DNA of 64,000 nt from Octopus sinensis (lineage: Eukaryota): positions 8,308,001 through 8,372,000 of the forward strand of contig NC_043005.1 in the NCBI RefSeq assembly GCF_006345805.1, in the 5' to 3' direction. The position numbers and the translations under genes were made by a program. Of the stretch, positions 1 through 12,735 are shown piece by piece (position 1 is the first letter of the stretch; each line of letters starts with the position of its first letter). The notes under the pieces were generated by a model that was not told the DNA's origin, made no database searches, and saw only the letters and a list, made by a program, of their open reading frames with translations.

Positions 1-65
1 TAAAAGGCGGTGCCCCTGCATGGGCCCAGTCAAATGACTGAAACAAGTAAAAGAATAAAAGAATA
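1..65 (+). mobile_element. 3' tail of tRNA-derived SINE family B (CR1-like tail)
   Basis: GGCGGTGCCCCTGCATGGGCCCAGTCAAATGACTGAAACAAGTAAAAGAATAAAAG matches the tails of the full copies at 7525 and 45236. Confidence 0.8.
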
Positions 66-69
66 TACT

Positions 70-125
<56 letters not shown>

Positions 126-490
126 GAGAAAGAGAGAGAGAGTGTGTGATGATCTATACAGACACACATATAAATGTATATTTGTACACACACACACATG
201 CGCAAATATATTTATCTATACATATATAAGAGTGTATACTGATTTATACAAAAGAAGACAACCCGTGACAGGACCTCTTGCATGCTAAAAGGGCTGTTAA
301 ACCCAAACCACGAAAAAATAATTCTAAGAGCACGCCGATAATGGCACTAGAATGAGAGGAATTGTTATTTTTAGTTAATCCCATACTCAAGTTTCCCTAT
401 TAACGAGCAACTAAATTAATTTGTCATTCGTAGTTCATCATTAGGTCGCTAAAATAATGCATAATTTTGTAGCTTAACACGCATCCTTAT

Positions 491-798
491 CACCGTGATC
501 ACCGTGACCGACCAGGCTATCAGATGTTGCTACACATCGCTGGTCACAATGCACTTCGCATTGTTTTAGCCTTCAAGTGACGCCACCCCGCTGGCTAAGC
601 GAGCAGGCCAACAGAAGAAAGAGTGAGAGAAAGTTGTGGCGAAAGAGTACAGCAGGGTTCGCCACCACCCCCTGCCGGAGCCTCGTGGAGCTTTAGGTTT
701 TCTCGCTCAATAAACACTCACAACGCCTGATCTGGGAATCGAAACCGCGATTCTCCGACTGCGAGTCCGCTGCCCTAACCACTGGGCCATTGCGCCTC
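491..798 (-). mobile_element. Full-length tRNA-derived SINE family A with target-site duplication
   Basis: Minus strand has A box TGGCCCAGTGG and B box GGTTTCGATTCC; the tail ends in CACGGTGAT repeats; direct repeat CACGCATCCTTAT at 478-490 and 799-811; close match to the copy at 9243. Confidence 0.9.
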
Positions 799-2296
799 CA
801 CGCATCCTTATACATTATGGATTTAAATCAAGCGTGTAAGCAAATTCACATAGCCAGCAACAAATAATAAATTTTAAAACTGCGTATTATTAGTCCAAGA
901 ATTAGGAAATTTTATTGTGTAAATCATAAGGGTAAATACGTGTATACATACACACATATGTATTGTAATTATCCATTTAAAATCAGTGGGAGAATAAAAT
1001 TTTTTATTCAATACAAATTACTTAGTACTATAGAAATATTTGCGTAGATGATGACATTCACAAAATTCATGATAATTAAAGAATTAGTCTGAGTGCATTA
1101 AAATGGTGAGAAATAATACTGATTTGGTGTGATTCTGAAGGGCAAGGTAAGATTGGTTAATAGAAATGTATCAAATGACTGGTCAGTTTCACGTGGAACA
1201 ACCCGGTATGTAAAAACATCTGAGTTGGGAAAATAAGGGATAGTAGCAAATATAAGATGAGGATAGTTCTTTACCTTGCGGAGGGGTAATTATAGAGAGG
1301 TATAGTTTAAAATGAAATGAATATTGAAGGGTTGTCAAACATCAATGCTAGTGGGCAACGAAAAGAAAAGTGGGGTGCAAAGCACATGAGGGGAAGAAGT
1401 TAAAATAAAATAGCATATTTTGATTGAACATGATAACATATCTCCAAATCCTAGAACCAACAAAATATATTTTTCCAAAAATATACCGATTCTGAGACCA
1501 TCACTGGTGTTCTAGAGCCGCTATCAAGGTAACTACATCATTATCCTCATCGTTGTCGTTATCATAGTGATCATCGTCGTCGTCGTCGTCCTCATCATCA
1601 TCAGTATCATCATCATATCATGATATTTAAAAAGCAACCAAAATGAAATAACAAATGGCGATATATATTTAACAGCAAAAAACAACACTTAAAAGTTGGG
1701 GACAGCTATCTGTGAGAAGCGATTTCAAATTTTAGGACAACAATTGAATTTTCAACACGGACAAACTTTCAAATTAGACTGATTTTAACAGTGCTTCCTG
1801 TAATCCTGTTTACATTACAATATGTACAGTATCTAAAGAAAATTATACGAGATAGTCTGAATGAAATTCAGAAAATTAGAAACACTACATTGAGAGGGAA
1901 TTGGATTTAAATGATAAAGAATACATGCTTTCGCGAATAAATTTATACATGTGTTGATAGTCATCAACAAAATTAAAAGTTTTTCCATTATATCATTTAA
2001 AAATATTAAACATATTTATTACCTTTTATGACACTATTAACAACATTGTTTTATCATCTCCCCTGATACTGGCTGCAACATATTATGAAATTATACGAAG
2101 ATCATTAATGTGAAATAGGTTGTATATGAACTGTCCGTTTTACTCGGAACATTATCCATAAGACTTCTATTTTCTCCTGTGTTCTTAATATAATTTGACT
2201 ATAAAATTCTCGATTTTTCCACTATATATATATGTGTGTGTGTGTGTGTATGTATGTGCGTGTGTGTGTACATGTGTGTGTGTGCTTCACTACACT

Positions 2297-3500
2297 ATTA
2301 GATTAATCAATGCAGCTGAGTCGGACATAATTAAGATTACCAAGAAGCTTTTAGAGTAACTTTCATAATTAAACGGCACATTCAACTTAGCGAGTTGATC
2401 ATTACAACGGAGATGATGAGGTGGCTTAGAGGCGTAGAGAATAAAACTCGTACAAGATTTATCTAGTTCGATATAGATGATTAATATATCTCCATCACAT
2501 TCTACAAAGTTAACAATACCACCTACATTGACTATAGTCAAAGTGCAATAATCTTGCATGTTATAAAGGCCATCGTTAACTTTGATAAATCATTGTTGAC
2601 TAGGAAATCGCCACACACTCCCTTTGCTCCAATTATGGGGTTAAGTGATTCCGCGGAGGTTACTGACTTGATTGAACTATAGATATATCCTCCTTATCAT
2701 AAAACATAAATTCTAAATATTCGGAGAAAAGTATTGTCTGGTAACCACAACCAACTTCAACACTCGGATTGTAGACCGTTTCACAGAAGACTTCCACGAA
2801 TTCTTTAGAGAACTTGTGTTTAGGATTTCTGCATAATCTAGCGTTGGGGTACTAAGCTTCTTGAATGTGACACCTGAATTAGTTAATGGCCTATACTATT
2901 CCGAAAAAGAGCCTAATAAGTCACTCCAATACATTAGTATATTCAAACTATTAAAGGAAATGATGAGAACCATAGTCAATGATATTTTTGTAAATTCAGA
3001 ATATTTTCAATACGAATGCTCTCAAAAGTAATCAAGAAATAAATAATCGATATATTGATAAAATCTATCATAATTTATTATAATATATTTGAGAATACAT
3101 AGAGAAAATTGTAACTTGAATAGATACAGAAATTTGAAACAAAAAGAAGTAGGAGAGTTACCTGGTACAACACACCACACAACTGGCAAACCTGTACAGC
3201 TGTGACTGAAGTACTTTTTTCTTATAAGGTACAGTCTTCTTTAGAGAGCATGCATATAGTAAGATCTTTAATACAAATACTTTCAAACTATATTATTCTG
3301 CCACCTTTGTGCTATAGCACAAGACATAGCTTTTATAAATGCCAACGACATTAATACATCGAAGAATAAAAATGGGGTCTGTATATTCTCACCTATATAC
3401 AATGTTTATATGGTAATGTGTGTTGACCTGGCTATGAACCCAATGGAAGCTACCCTTCCTTTCAAGCAGGTGTCTGTATACGAAAAATAAAATTTGCACG
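2297..3500 (+). pseudogene. Decayed Penelope-like RT/linker (probably Naiad-type)
   Basis: Manual translation across stops and frameshifts gives IRLINAAESDI, RWLRGVENK..FI*FDI, IMGLSDSAEVTDL, SFLNVTPELVNG.Y...EPN..LQYI, RRVTWYNTP and KIFNTNTFKLYYS, the motif order of PLE RTs of the MGSxDGAE type. Confidence 0.7.
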
Positions 3501-3683
3501 TGTAACAAGTAGTTACTCGAAACTTAAGTTAACTGTTGCTTCCAGATAAATAAATACACACACACATAAAGGGTCACACATGTTTATATATATATTGTTG
3601 AGCAATAAGATCACCGATTGTTTCTTTTTATTTTTGTTTCTGTGAACATAAGCAGAGTTTCATGAATGAAATGATTACTTTTC

Positions 3684-4146
<463 letters not shown>

Positions 4147-4699
4147 AATAAGGGTGAGTGATTAGCATCACATTGGTGAATAATTTTTTTTGTATAATTT
4201 ATTTGTATAATAAGACTACCGTTGGTTTCATTTTCAGGTATTTGTGTTCTCGTTTTGCTTTCATCCACAATGTGGCGACGAACACCATTCCTCCGTGTGA
4301 TCGCCTTGGAAAAACTGTTAAGATATTAAGATATTTTCTTATTCTGAAACCAATGGTAGCCTTAATAAACAAACAAAAGTTATATATATATATTACTTAT
4401 AGACACACATGCTCACATTTGTATGCTTTTATATGTATATGACCTGTGTGTTTGTGTGTGTATTTGCGCACATTCTTGTGCAAAAACATTTAGTCATCGT
4501 CTGAAGTATGACATGTATATGTAAACCATTTTGTGATGTGTGTTTACACACACACACACACACGCACAGACACCCATACACACGTACACACACACACACA
4601 CACGCACACGCACACACACACACACACAAACACACACATGTATATTGATGTTTTTTTACTTATGAAAGCAGCATCGTTAGTATCATCCTTTGCATAAAT

Positions 4700-5300
4700 A
4701 TGACATCGATGTTTATATCTGTATTGCCGTTGTTGCTATCGTGATAAACACCACGTACACAGTTTCCATCATCATCATCGTCGTTGATGTCCTCGAGGCA
4801 GTCAGCATCACTAGTGGTAGCCGTTCTAAAGCCGCTATCACGGTAACTGCAACATCATCGTTATCGTCATCATAGTCATCATCACCATCTTTGTCGCTCG
4901 CGGTGTCGTCTTCATCATCATCATCATCATCATTATCATCCCCACAACATCATCATTAGCCACTCCAGAAACTCCTCCATCTCTAAGACCATCACCCCCA
5001 TCACCACCACCCCCATCACCACAACCATCATCATCATCATCATCAACATCATCATGAGCCACTCCAGAAACTCCTCCATCTCTAAGACCACCACCCCCAT
5101 CACCACCACCTCCATTACCAACGGCAACCACCGGGCACACTGAGACCATGACAACCGCCACGACTAACACAGGCTTCGTCATCCTCATCATCACCATTAT
5201 CATCATCATCAGCAGCAGCAGCAACGGCAGTTGTCAACAAGTTTTATTTGTACCGCCACCCTTACAACCGCAACTACCACCAACAGCGCTACCGCTGCAG
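4700..5300. repeat. Degenerate CAT/CAC/CAG trinucleotide low-complexity region with a 99-bp tandem duplication
   Basis: AGCCACTCCAGAAACTCCTCCATCTCTAAGACC occurs at 4958 and 5057. Confidence 0.8.
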
Positions 5301-5564
5301 CTATTTTCTATTGGTAAATACTGTTTGATGAAAACAGTTATTACTCCTATATACACCTCACCTCCACTCTCTACAACTTTATAAGATATTGATATAAATT
5401 CTTGATCAATATTCTTTCGAAAATAAAAACAGAAGAAAATATAGGCAAAAAAATATAACGCAGAAATCAAAATTTGAATATGAGGCGTCGATATTATGAA
5501 TAATGCATTGAAGAGTCAATGCTATCATTTTACATACACACTCGCTTATAGACTCATTTTTATA

Positions 5565-5608
<44 letters not shown>

Positions 5609-5939
5609 GAGGGACATATGACGTAGTCACAGCAACATTTACGTGAAATACATATATATATTTTGGTATATAGAAGCATAATTCAAACACTCATTAAGGG
5701 ATAATCTATGCAAATTCATATTTAACACGCACCCGCATACATCACACGACACATACTCTAACAAAATCGTTCACATAACAACACTTATGAACATAATGCA
5801 TAATACGTGTTGTGGTAAATTACTGATACATAGTGACACAAATTAACTCCTTTCTATAGTTCGCTTATTACACTCATAAATATAACACGCGTTCGTACTC
5901 ACACATAGACACACACCTACATATGTCCCCACATACACA

Positions 5940-5975
<36 letters not shown>

Positions 5976-6530
5976 TCAACACACACATATATGCATAAAA
6001 ATATATGTGTGCATATATACATAATTGTATTCACTCATATTTCCTGGCAAGAACTACTACACAAAAAATATTGACACACCATCAAGCGCATAGTAATATA
6101 CATTATTTTTTGCACATGCGCAAAGGTGCTAATATATTAAATATCTGAAACCTTTATACAAGGTTTATTATCCATATATTTACACAAACACTGAGTTACA
6201 AACGGCTTCAATATGCAGCGAGGCACTCACACTTATACATGCACATTGTGAACCAAGACTTGCAAGAAGAAAAAAAAATGCCGGTTAAGAGAACAGATGA
6301 AGAAAAAACACAACAAAATGAAAGCAAATGTGATAAAGTTATCTATAAAAGCAAAGGAGTGTGAAGTAGGTATGGTGAGTGTAATACAAAACAAGCGAGA
6401 AACAAAGGAACAACTTATTCTAAATAGCTTCGGTTGTAGCAGACAACAGAACCAATAACAGAGGCAGTAACAAACAGCTAGACCCTCAACAGCATTAACA
6501 AAAGTTGGAAGGATATAAGCGTTTGCTATA

Positions 6531-6930
6531 AGGCGGCGAGCTGGCAGAAACGTTAGCACACCGGGCGAAATGCTTGGCGGTATTTCGTCTGCCGTTACGT
6601 TCTGAGTTCAAATTCCGCCGAGGTCGACTTTGCCTTTCATCCTTTCGGGGTCGATAAATTATGTACCAGTTACGCAATGGGGTCGATGTAATCAACTTAA
6701 TCCGTTTGTCTGTGCTTGATTATGGCTTCTGTGTTTAGCCCCTTGTGGGTAGTAAAGAAATAGGCATTTTGTATGTCTTTTCGTCCTGAGTTCAAATTCT
6801 GCTGCAGTCGACCTTGCGTTTTATCCTCTTGAAGTTGGTAAAATATGCACCAGTTGAGTACTGGGGCCGCTATAATCGACTTGCCTCTTCCCCCGAAATT
6901 ACTGGTCTTGTACTAAAATTAGAAAGGATG
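6531..6930 (+). mobile_element. tRNA-derived SINE family C: full unit plus a second headless unit with an alternative tail
   Basis: Head AGGCGGCGAGCTGGCAG, B box GTTCAAATTCC, core GTCGACTTTGCCTTTCATCCTTTCGGGGTCGAT, tail GTAGTAAAGAAATAGG, then a second body. Confidence 0.85.
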
Positions 6931-7270
6931 ATGATTAGTATTATTGGGTGAGGGAACAATACTCGCCATGAAAGAAACGTTTCGAAACCACTATTAATGT
7001 TTCCTATATCAAAAACGCCTTGCATTTTGTAAAAGGAACAGGCAATTGTATCGATGCTACTGTTTTGATTGCTATTATATTTTATAAACGCTTCATATAT
7101 GGGAAAAGTTCACCTCTCAGTTACATTGGTAACTGGAAAACACGAGTGTCCGAAAGTGTGGTGTTATGAAACTTCCCGGCAAATTAAGCAACTAGAGTTT
7201 CTATCAACTTTTATATCTGTAGCAACTGGGAATAATTTTCTAATTTTTGGTGAAACTTTTAATACAAGAT

Positions 7271-7315
<45 letters not shown>

Positions 7316-7512
7316 GTAATATGTGACACTTATTTGGTAGCCATGTTAAAACTCCGAGTTTCGGATGCCGAGGGGGCAATCCACGCCGCCATCTTTTCAG
7401 TTATCCGGCCATCATGGCGACCGAATAATTGTCGCATATTACATTTACAGATAGATTCCTCTATTTACATAATATCGAGGTCTCTTTCTTTCGTTGTTTT
7501 ACCATTTTTACC
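7316..7512. mobile_element. Palindromic HHR-like mini-element family E (internally deleted copy)
   Basis: Inverted ends ATGTGACACTTATTTGGTAGCCATG / CATGGCGACCGAATAATTGTCGCAT; homologous to 25800-26070; flanked by (TA)n. Confidence 0.75.
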
Positions 7513-7524
7513 AATATATATATA

Positions 7525-7908
7525 AGGCGCAGGAGTGGCTGTGTGGTAAGTAGCTTGCTAACCAACCACATGGTTCCAGGTTCAGTCCCACTGCGTGGCA
7601 TCTTGGGCAAGTGTCTTCTACTATAGCCCCGGGCCGACCAATGCCTTGTGAGTGGATTTGGTAGACGGAAACTGAATGAAGCCTGTCGTTTATATGTATA
7701 TATATATGTGTGTTTATGTGTTTGTCCCCCTAGCATTGCTTGACAACCGATGCTGTTGTGTTTACGACCCCATCACTTTGCGGTTCGGCAAAAGAGACCG
7801 ATAGAATAAGTCCTGGGCTTACAAAGAATAAGTCCTGGGGTCGATTTGCTCGACTAAAGGCGGTGCTCCAGCATAGCCGCAAGCAAATGCCTGAAACAAG
7901 TAAAAGAG
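7525..7908 (+). mobile_element. Full-length composite tRNA-SINE family B
   Basis: Head AGGCGCAGGAGTGGCTGTGTGGTAAG, B box GGTTCAGTCCC, internal TA/TG microsatellite, 3' module ending GGCGGTGCTCCAGCAT..TGAAACAAGTAAAAG. Confidence 0.9.
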
Positions 7909-8220
7909 AGAGAGATAGATAGATAGAGAGAGATAGATAGATAGAGAGAGAGAGATAGTATTAATGAAATGAAAGATGGAATGTGAAACACGTTTCGATC
8001 AATTCTGGGCCTCTTCAGGTACATCAGTATAAAGTCTCACTAGAGGTTTCTTGAATTGGTTTACAGACCACTATATTAATACAGTTACCCCAACAACCAC
8101 TAGGGAATTTCTGCAGTAAATCTACGGATAAAAACAGGTAATCGAAACTGTGCAGGTGCTTTACTAATCATGCATTTATACATTTTGTACAATTTCTCCA
8201 TTATATACATATTGTAATAT

Positions 8221-8846
8221 AAAGTACAGTGTACATTTAAACACATAAGGAATCCCCTCGTGGGATTCAACACGCTAGAAAGAACAGCTAGGTTCTATAA
8301 CCACAAAATTCGACAGGAATGAATTGAAAAAATAAAAACCTTTTACCATCTTAGTTTCCTGGACCAATTGGTTTATAATTTTAGTTTAGCAAATAAATAA
8401 TATTTACTCACAAGGTGAAATATTTTTCAACAGGTACACCTTAGATTAAATATGTAAAACACGAGGCGATCAACTATGTGCCTCTTTTTTATACATCCTA
8501 ATTTTTTCAAAATCTACTGCGCAGACGCAGCCTTTCGCCGGCAATAGAAAAATGCCACCTTTAAAAATCCGAAACTTATCCAAAAACTTACAATACTCAA
8601 TCATATCAAAGGGAAATGGAAATTAATAGAAATTTTCCCTTCCAGTAGCCTAACGTGTAAAAATTTAGTCCAAAGTCTATGTATTATTCATAAAATACAA
8701 TGTACATTTAAACACATAAGAAATCCACTTGTAGGATTCAACACGCTAGAAAGAACAGCTAGGTTCCATAACCACAAAATTAGGGATAAAATTCGACAGG
8801 AACAAAATGAAAAAATTAAAACATTTTACCATCTAGTTTCCTGGAC
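8221..8846. repeat. Pair of ~145-bp direct repeats (8221-8364 and 8692-8846), possible pLTR relic
   Basis: Shared TGTACATTTAAACACATAAG..GGATTCAACACGCTAGAAAGAACAGCTAGG..TAGTTTCCTGGAC. Confidence 0.7.
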
Positions 8847-9242
8847 ATATTGTAATATATATATATATATATATTTAAAATGGTTACAAATCTACTGTTT
8901 TTTTTTTTATCTAAATTGTAAATATAAAAGGTAAAGTTTAGAAAAGCAAGATGAAAGAAATCCTATTATGTCTGTATAATAATCATTTTTTCTCATAGCA
9001 AAATATCAAAAAATATCAAAAAAACACATGCAGATTTACATATTCTCTTGTTCCTCTTTTGTTGTTCCCGGCAAAAACTACGGTTAGAAACACTGGACCA
9101 TCCTCTGATTCTTCCTTTAAATTAATTACTCTGTACTCTTGTATTACTCGAATTACTTTAGCCTATTGCATATAATTACTATGTGCTGTCATAGACCTCC
9201 CGTATAACAAGTGGACTGAATTAATATTATTATATAGCACAT

Positions 9243-9539
9243 GTGGAGGCGCAATGGCCTAGTGGTTAGGGCAGCGGACTCGCGGTCGCAGGATCGCGGT
9301 TTCGATTCCCAGACCGGGCGTTGTGAATGTTTATTGAGCGAAAACACCTAAAAGCTTCACGAGACTCCGGCAGGGGGTGGTGATCCCTGCTGTACTCTTT
9401 CACCGCTCTTTCTCCCACTCTTTCTTCTGTTGGCCTGCTCGCTTAGCCAGCGGGGTGGCGTCATTCGAAGGCTAAAACAATGCGAACGCATTGTGACCAG
9501 CGATGTGTAACAACATCTGATGGACTGGTCGGTCACGTG
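9243..9539 (+). mobile_element. Full-length tRNA-derived SINE family A with 11-bp TSD
   Basis: TSD ATATAGCACAT at 9232-9242 and 9540-9550; A and B boxes present. Confidence 0.9.
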
Positions 9540-9551
9540 ATATAGCACATA

Positions 9552-11177
9552 CACTGGCCAAAATAAGTTTCAGACCGATGATAACAGTTCCATTCCTCAT
9601 TAATTTATTTTTAACAAAACGGTATAGAATTATTTTACTTTTTACAGTTTATGTAGAATTATTTTGTTGTTTCGAAAGATGTAGGTGTTATATATATATT
9701 TCTACAATTTGAATAGTTTTAATATGCAATTAATTCAAATGATTAAAAATTGTCGGCAAAATAAGTTTATGAACGGACCAATATTATTTTGTTTAAATTG
9801 AAAATTTACTGCACAAATGATCAACGAACAAAACTTTATTATTAATATCTAGTTCCGTAGCCAATGTTTTCAATTACGACCTTATAACAGTGGAACATGG
9901 AACTCGACAAAGAGCACAAAAATCACTTGGAATGTTCTGCCATATTTCGTTAATAAAATTATATAATTGGGATAATCTGTTGGGTTTTTTAGCATGAACT
10001 CTTTTAGAAACCTAATTCCATAAATTTTCTATCGTATTGAAATCGGGGTTCTCCGGAGGCCACTCAATAACCACCATATTATTGCGCTCAAAATTTTGCA
10101 AAACTTTCTTAGCCTTATGAACGGGGCAATTGTCTTGCTGGAAAATAGATCCCGGTGGCATCTGATTATTCAAATAAGGCAGCACATTTTCATTTACTAA
10201 TTGCAGATAGCCTACACTGTTCAGTCTGCTATTAACCTTAACAATTTGACCACCACCTAAGCTGCTGAATGCGGCCCGCACCATTAACACCCACCTCCCA
10301 CTTGCGCCGTTTCTCGACACACTTAAGATGGAATCCTTCAGTTGGCTGGAGTCTAACATAAGTCTTTTTGTTTGATTCAAAGTTGCAGAAGTGGGATTCG
10401 TTACTCCAAAGGACTTCTGACCAGTCTTCGACCGTCCACTCAATATGGGTTTTAGCAAACTTTATCCACTTCCGCCAGTTCGTCTCAGAAATTTCCGGCT
10501 TCTTTCGAGTCATCCAGCCGAACTGTTCAAATTCTTTTAGGTGGTATCTGAGAGTTTGTGGTGTAAAACTGATGTCAGTTTCATGAGATACTTGCTTGCA
10601 AATGTCTACTGCTGTTAGCATTCGGTTACCTTCAGAGAGCCTGGGAATTCGTCGATCTATCTGCACTATTGTTTTTCTCAGAGCACCTGTTCTTTGCCGA
10701 TCTTTGTATTGGCCAGTGGCTTGGTAAAGCTTCCATGCTTGAACAAAAGCCGTTTTGCTGCATCCTAATTGCTTGTTAATGAGCATGAAGGACACGTGTC
10801 GCTGATGGAGCAACACCATCTTTGATCTAGTGACTGGACTGAAACTACGACGCTTTCCTATAGTGAATTAATGTGTAACAATGCTCGATTATTAACCAAA
10901 ACAGTGCAGTAAGGTCAGCCATACGACCACCTATTTGGTTTATTAATTTACACAATCTTGGTACGGTCTTTAACTTATTTTGCCGACAATTTCTAATCAC
11001 TTGAAGTAATTGCACATTAAAATTATTCGAATTGTAGAAATAATGCGTATATCATTCGAAAAAAGAAAAAAAGGAAAGTCCATATAAACTGTAAAAAGTA
11101 AAATAATTTGATACAGTTCTGTTAATTAATGAAGGAATAAAAATTTCATCATGGTCTTAAACGTATTTTGGGTAGTG
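9552..11177 (-). mobile_element. Tc1-like DNA transposon with long (~210 bp) IR/DR-type terminal inverted repeats
   Basis: TA-CACTGGCCAAAATAAGTTT left end versus ACGTATTTTGGGTAGTG-TA right end; inner repeat GGCAAAATAAGTT; contains a transposase remnant. Confidence 0.9.
9842..10819 (-). pseudogene. Tc1 DD34E transposase pseudogene (frameshifted, first D mutated to N)
   Basis: ORFs 10238-10819 and 10012-10458: WSNESHF, FQQDNCPVH, 34 residues to NTIENLW. Confidence 0.9.
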
Positions 11178-11554
11178 TATATGTCTAAGATTAAAGATCT
11201 GGAAAAACAGCTGCTTGGAAGTTGACTAGTTTTGGATCTAGGAGGTAAGAATTTTGCGGCTATGTATCTTGCTATAAGTTTGTTGCATTGCACTGCACAT
11301 GGATGCTGTCACATCTAATATATATATATGCAGCATGAAGTTTTGTCAGTGAACAGGTCGCGGTCTCAAAGCGACGAAAATATTTTGACAAATTAAATTT
11401 AAATGTTGGAGTGAATCTAACGGTTTTGAATGTTTTTAAATGGCTTATAAACACCTTCCACGCTGCAATTGTTTTCGTTCCAGCACACGATCTCAGATCA
11501 AGTCACTCGCTATGCAAGTATATCTCCGTAATATATATATATATATATATATAA

Positions 11555-11853
11555 CTAGCAGTATCGCCCGGCGTTGCTCGGGTTTGTAAGGGAAATAACT
11601 ATATAAGCATTTTTAGAGAGTTACTTCCCTTATATAATAGCAAAAAAATGCATTGAAAATGGGAAATAATGATGGTAATTTTTTTTTTAAATCGTAGACT
11701 CATGGTAGACGCACGCTAATACCCAGAAGGGCTCGATATGAATCACGACTATAAGATACCCGCTTTTGGTTAAACTGCACCGCAAAATGTGGGAGTAGTT
11801 AGGAATCTAAATCGTAGGAGAGGGACACACAACTTCACTTTTATATATAAAGA
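11555..11853 (-). mobile_element. Non-autonomous Helitron, family 1 (short copy)
   Basis: Minus strand: A|TC at the 5' end, subterminal hairpin CCCGAGCAACGCCGGG, CTAG|T at the 3' end, no TSD; homologous to 15031 and 62898. Confidence 0.85.
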
Positions 11854-12672
11854 TTATTCAAGAATGTCAGCGAATTGAATAGCGTTTAAGAAAATTTCGT
11901 AGTTTTACATCGTAAAAAAAGAATACTCGCTAATGTGAATAAGTTATTGTTTTCACAACGGCACAAAAGTATAAACACACTATGAAAATACATATACTCA
12001 CATATAAACACACAATTTATATGAGGCAATGTAGGAACCTCTACAATGTCGTTTGACTTGCTAAATATAGCAACCACTCTACACTTTCTTTTAATAAGAA
12101 AGATTGCGTAATGTACTTCTAGTCACCTCCAAAAAAAAATGTTCGTAGCTTGTGTACATCTGAAAATAGGACAACTATTTTGAAGTGGGCTAAACGAAGT
12201 ACATGACGTTTATCAAAATAGAAACTAGCTTTTTTAAGCATAATATATGTATCGCTTTCCTCATAATTAAGTCACATGTATTTCTTACTAAATTGTTCCA
12301 TTCTTTATGGATTCTGCGCGTCCAATTTTGCTTTCCGTTTTGAGAATTAATGCACTCCTCTCATACATAATTTTGTTTGATACTTTTGTCCTCTAAAATC
12401 GGTTCCCTTTTCGATTGGGTTTTTACAGTGGAAATAAAATAAAAAAAGTGGGGCGAAATCCGGAACAAAGTTTTCGCGAGCTTTACCAAAAACACTTGAA
12501 TGCAGAGGGTTGCGCGAATGTTTGCGTTGCTATCGCGTAGCATCCATGTTTTATCTGTTTCTTTCTCTGCACTGCCTCTCTCAAACACCTCTCTAAAACA
12601 TTTTATTGATTGTCTGACCACATGAAGCAATCTCATAAGGAACAATGCTTTCCCACTCAAAACCATATTCAA

Positions 12673-12735
<63 letters not shown>

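Noticed and set aside
8245-8280. GAATCCC/GGGATTC hairpin in the direct repeats as a hammerhead
   Set aside because: Both copies lack CTGANGA and GAAA
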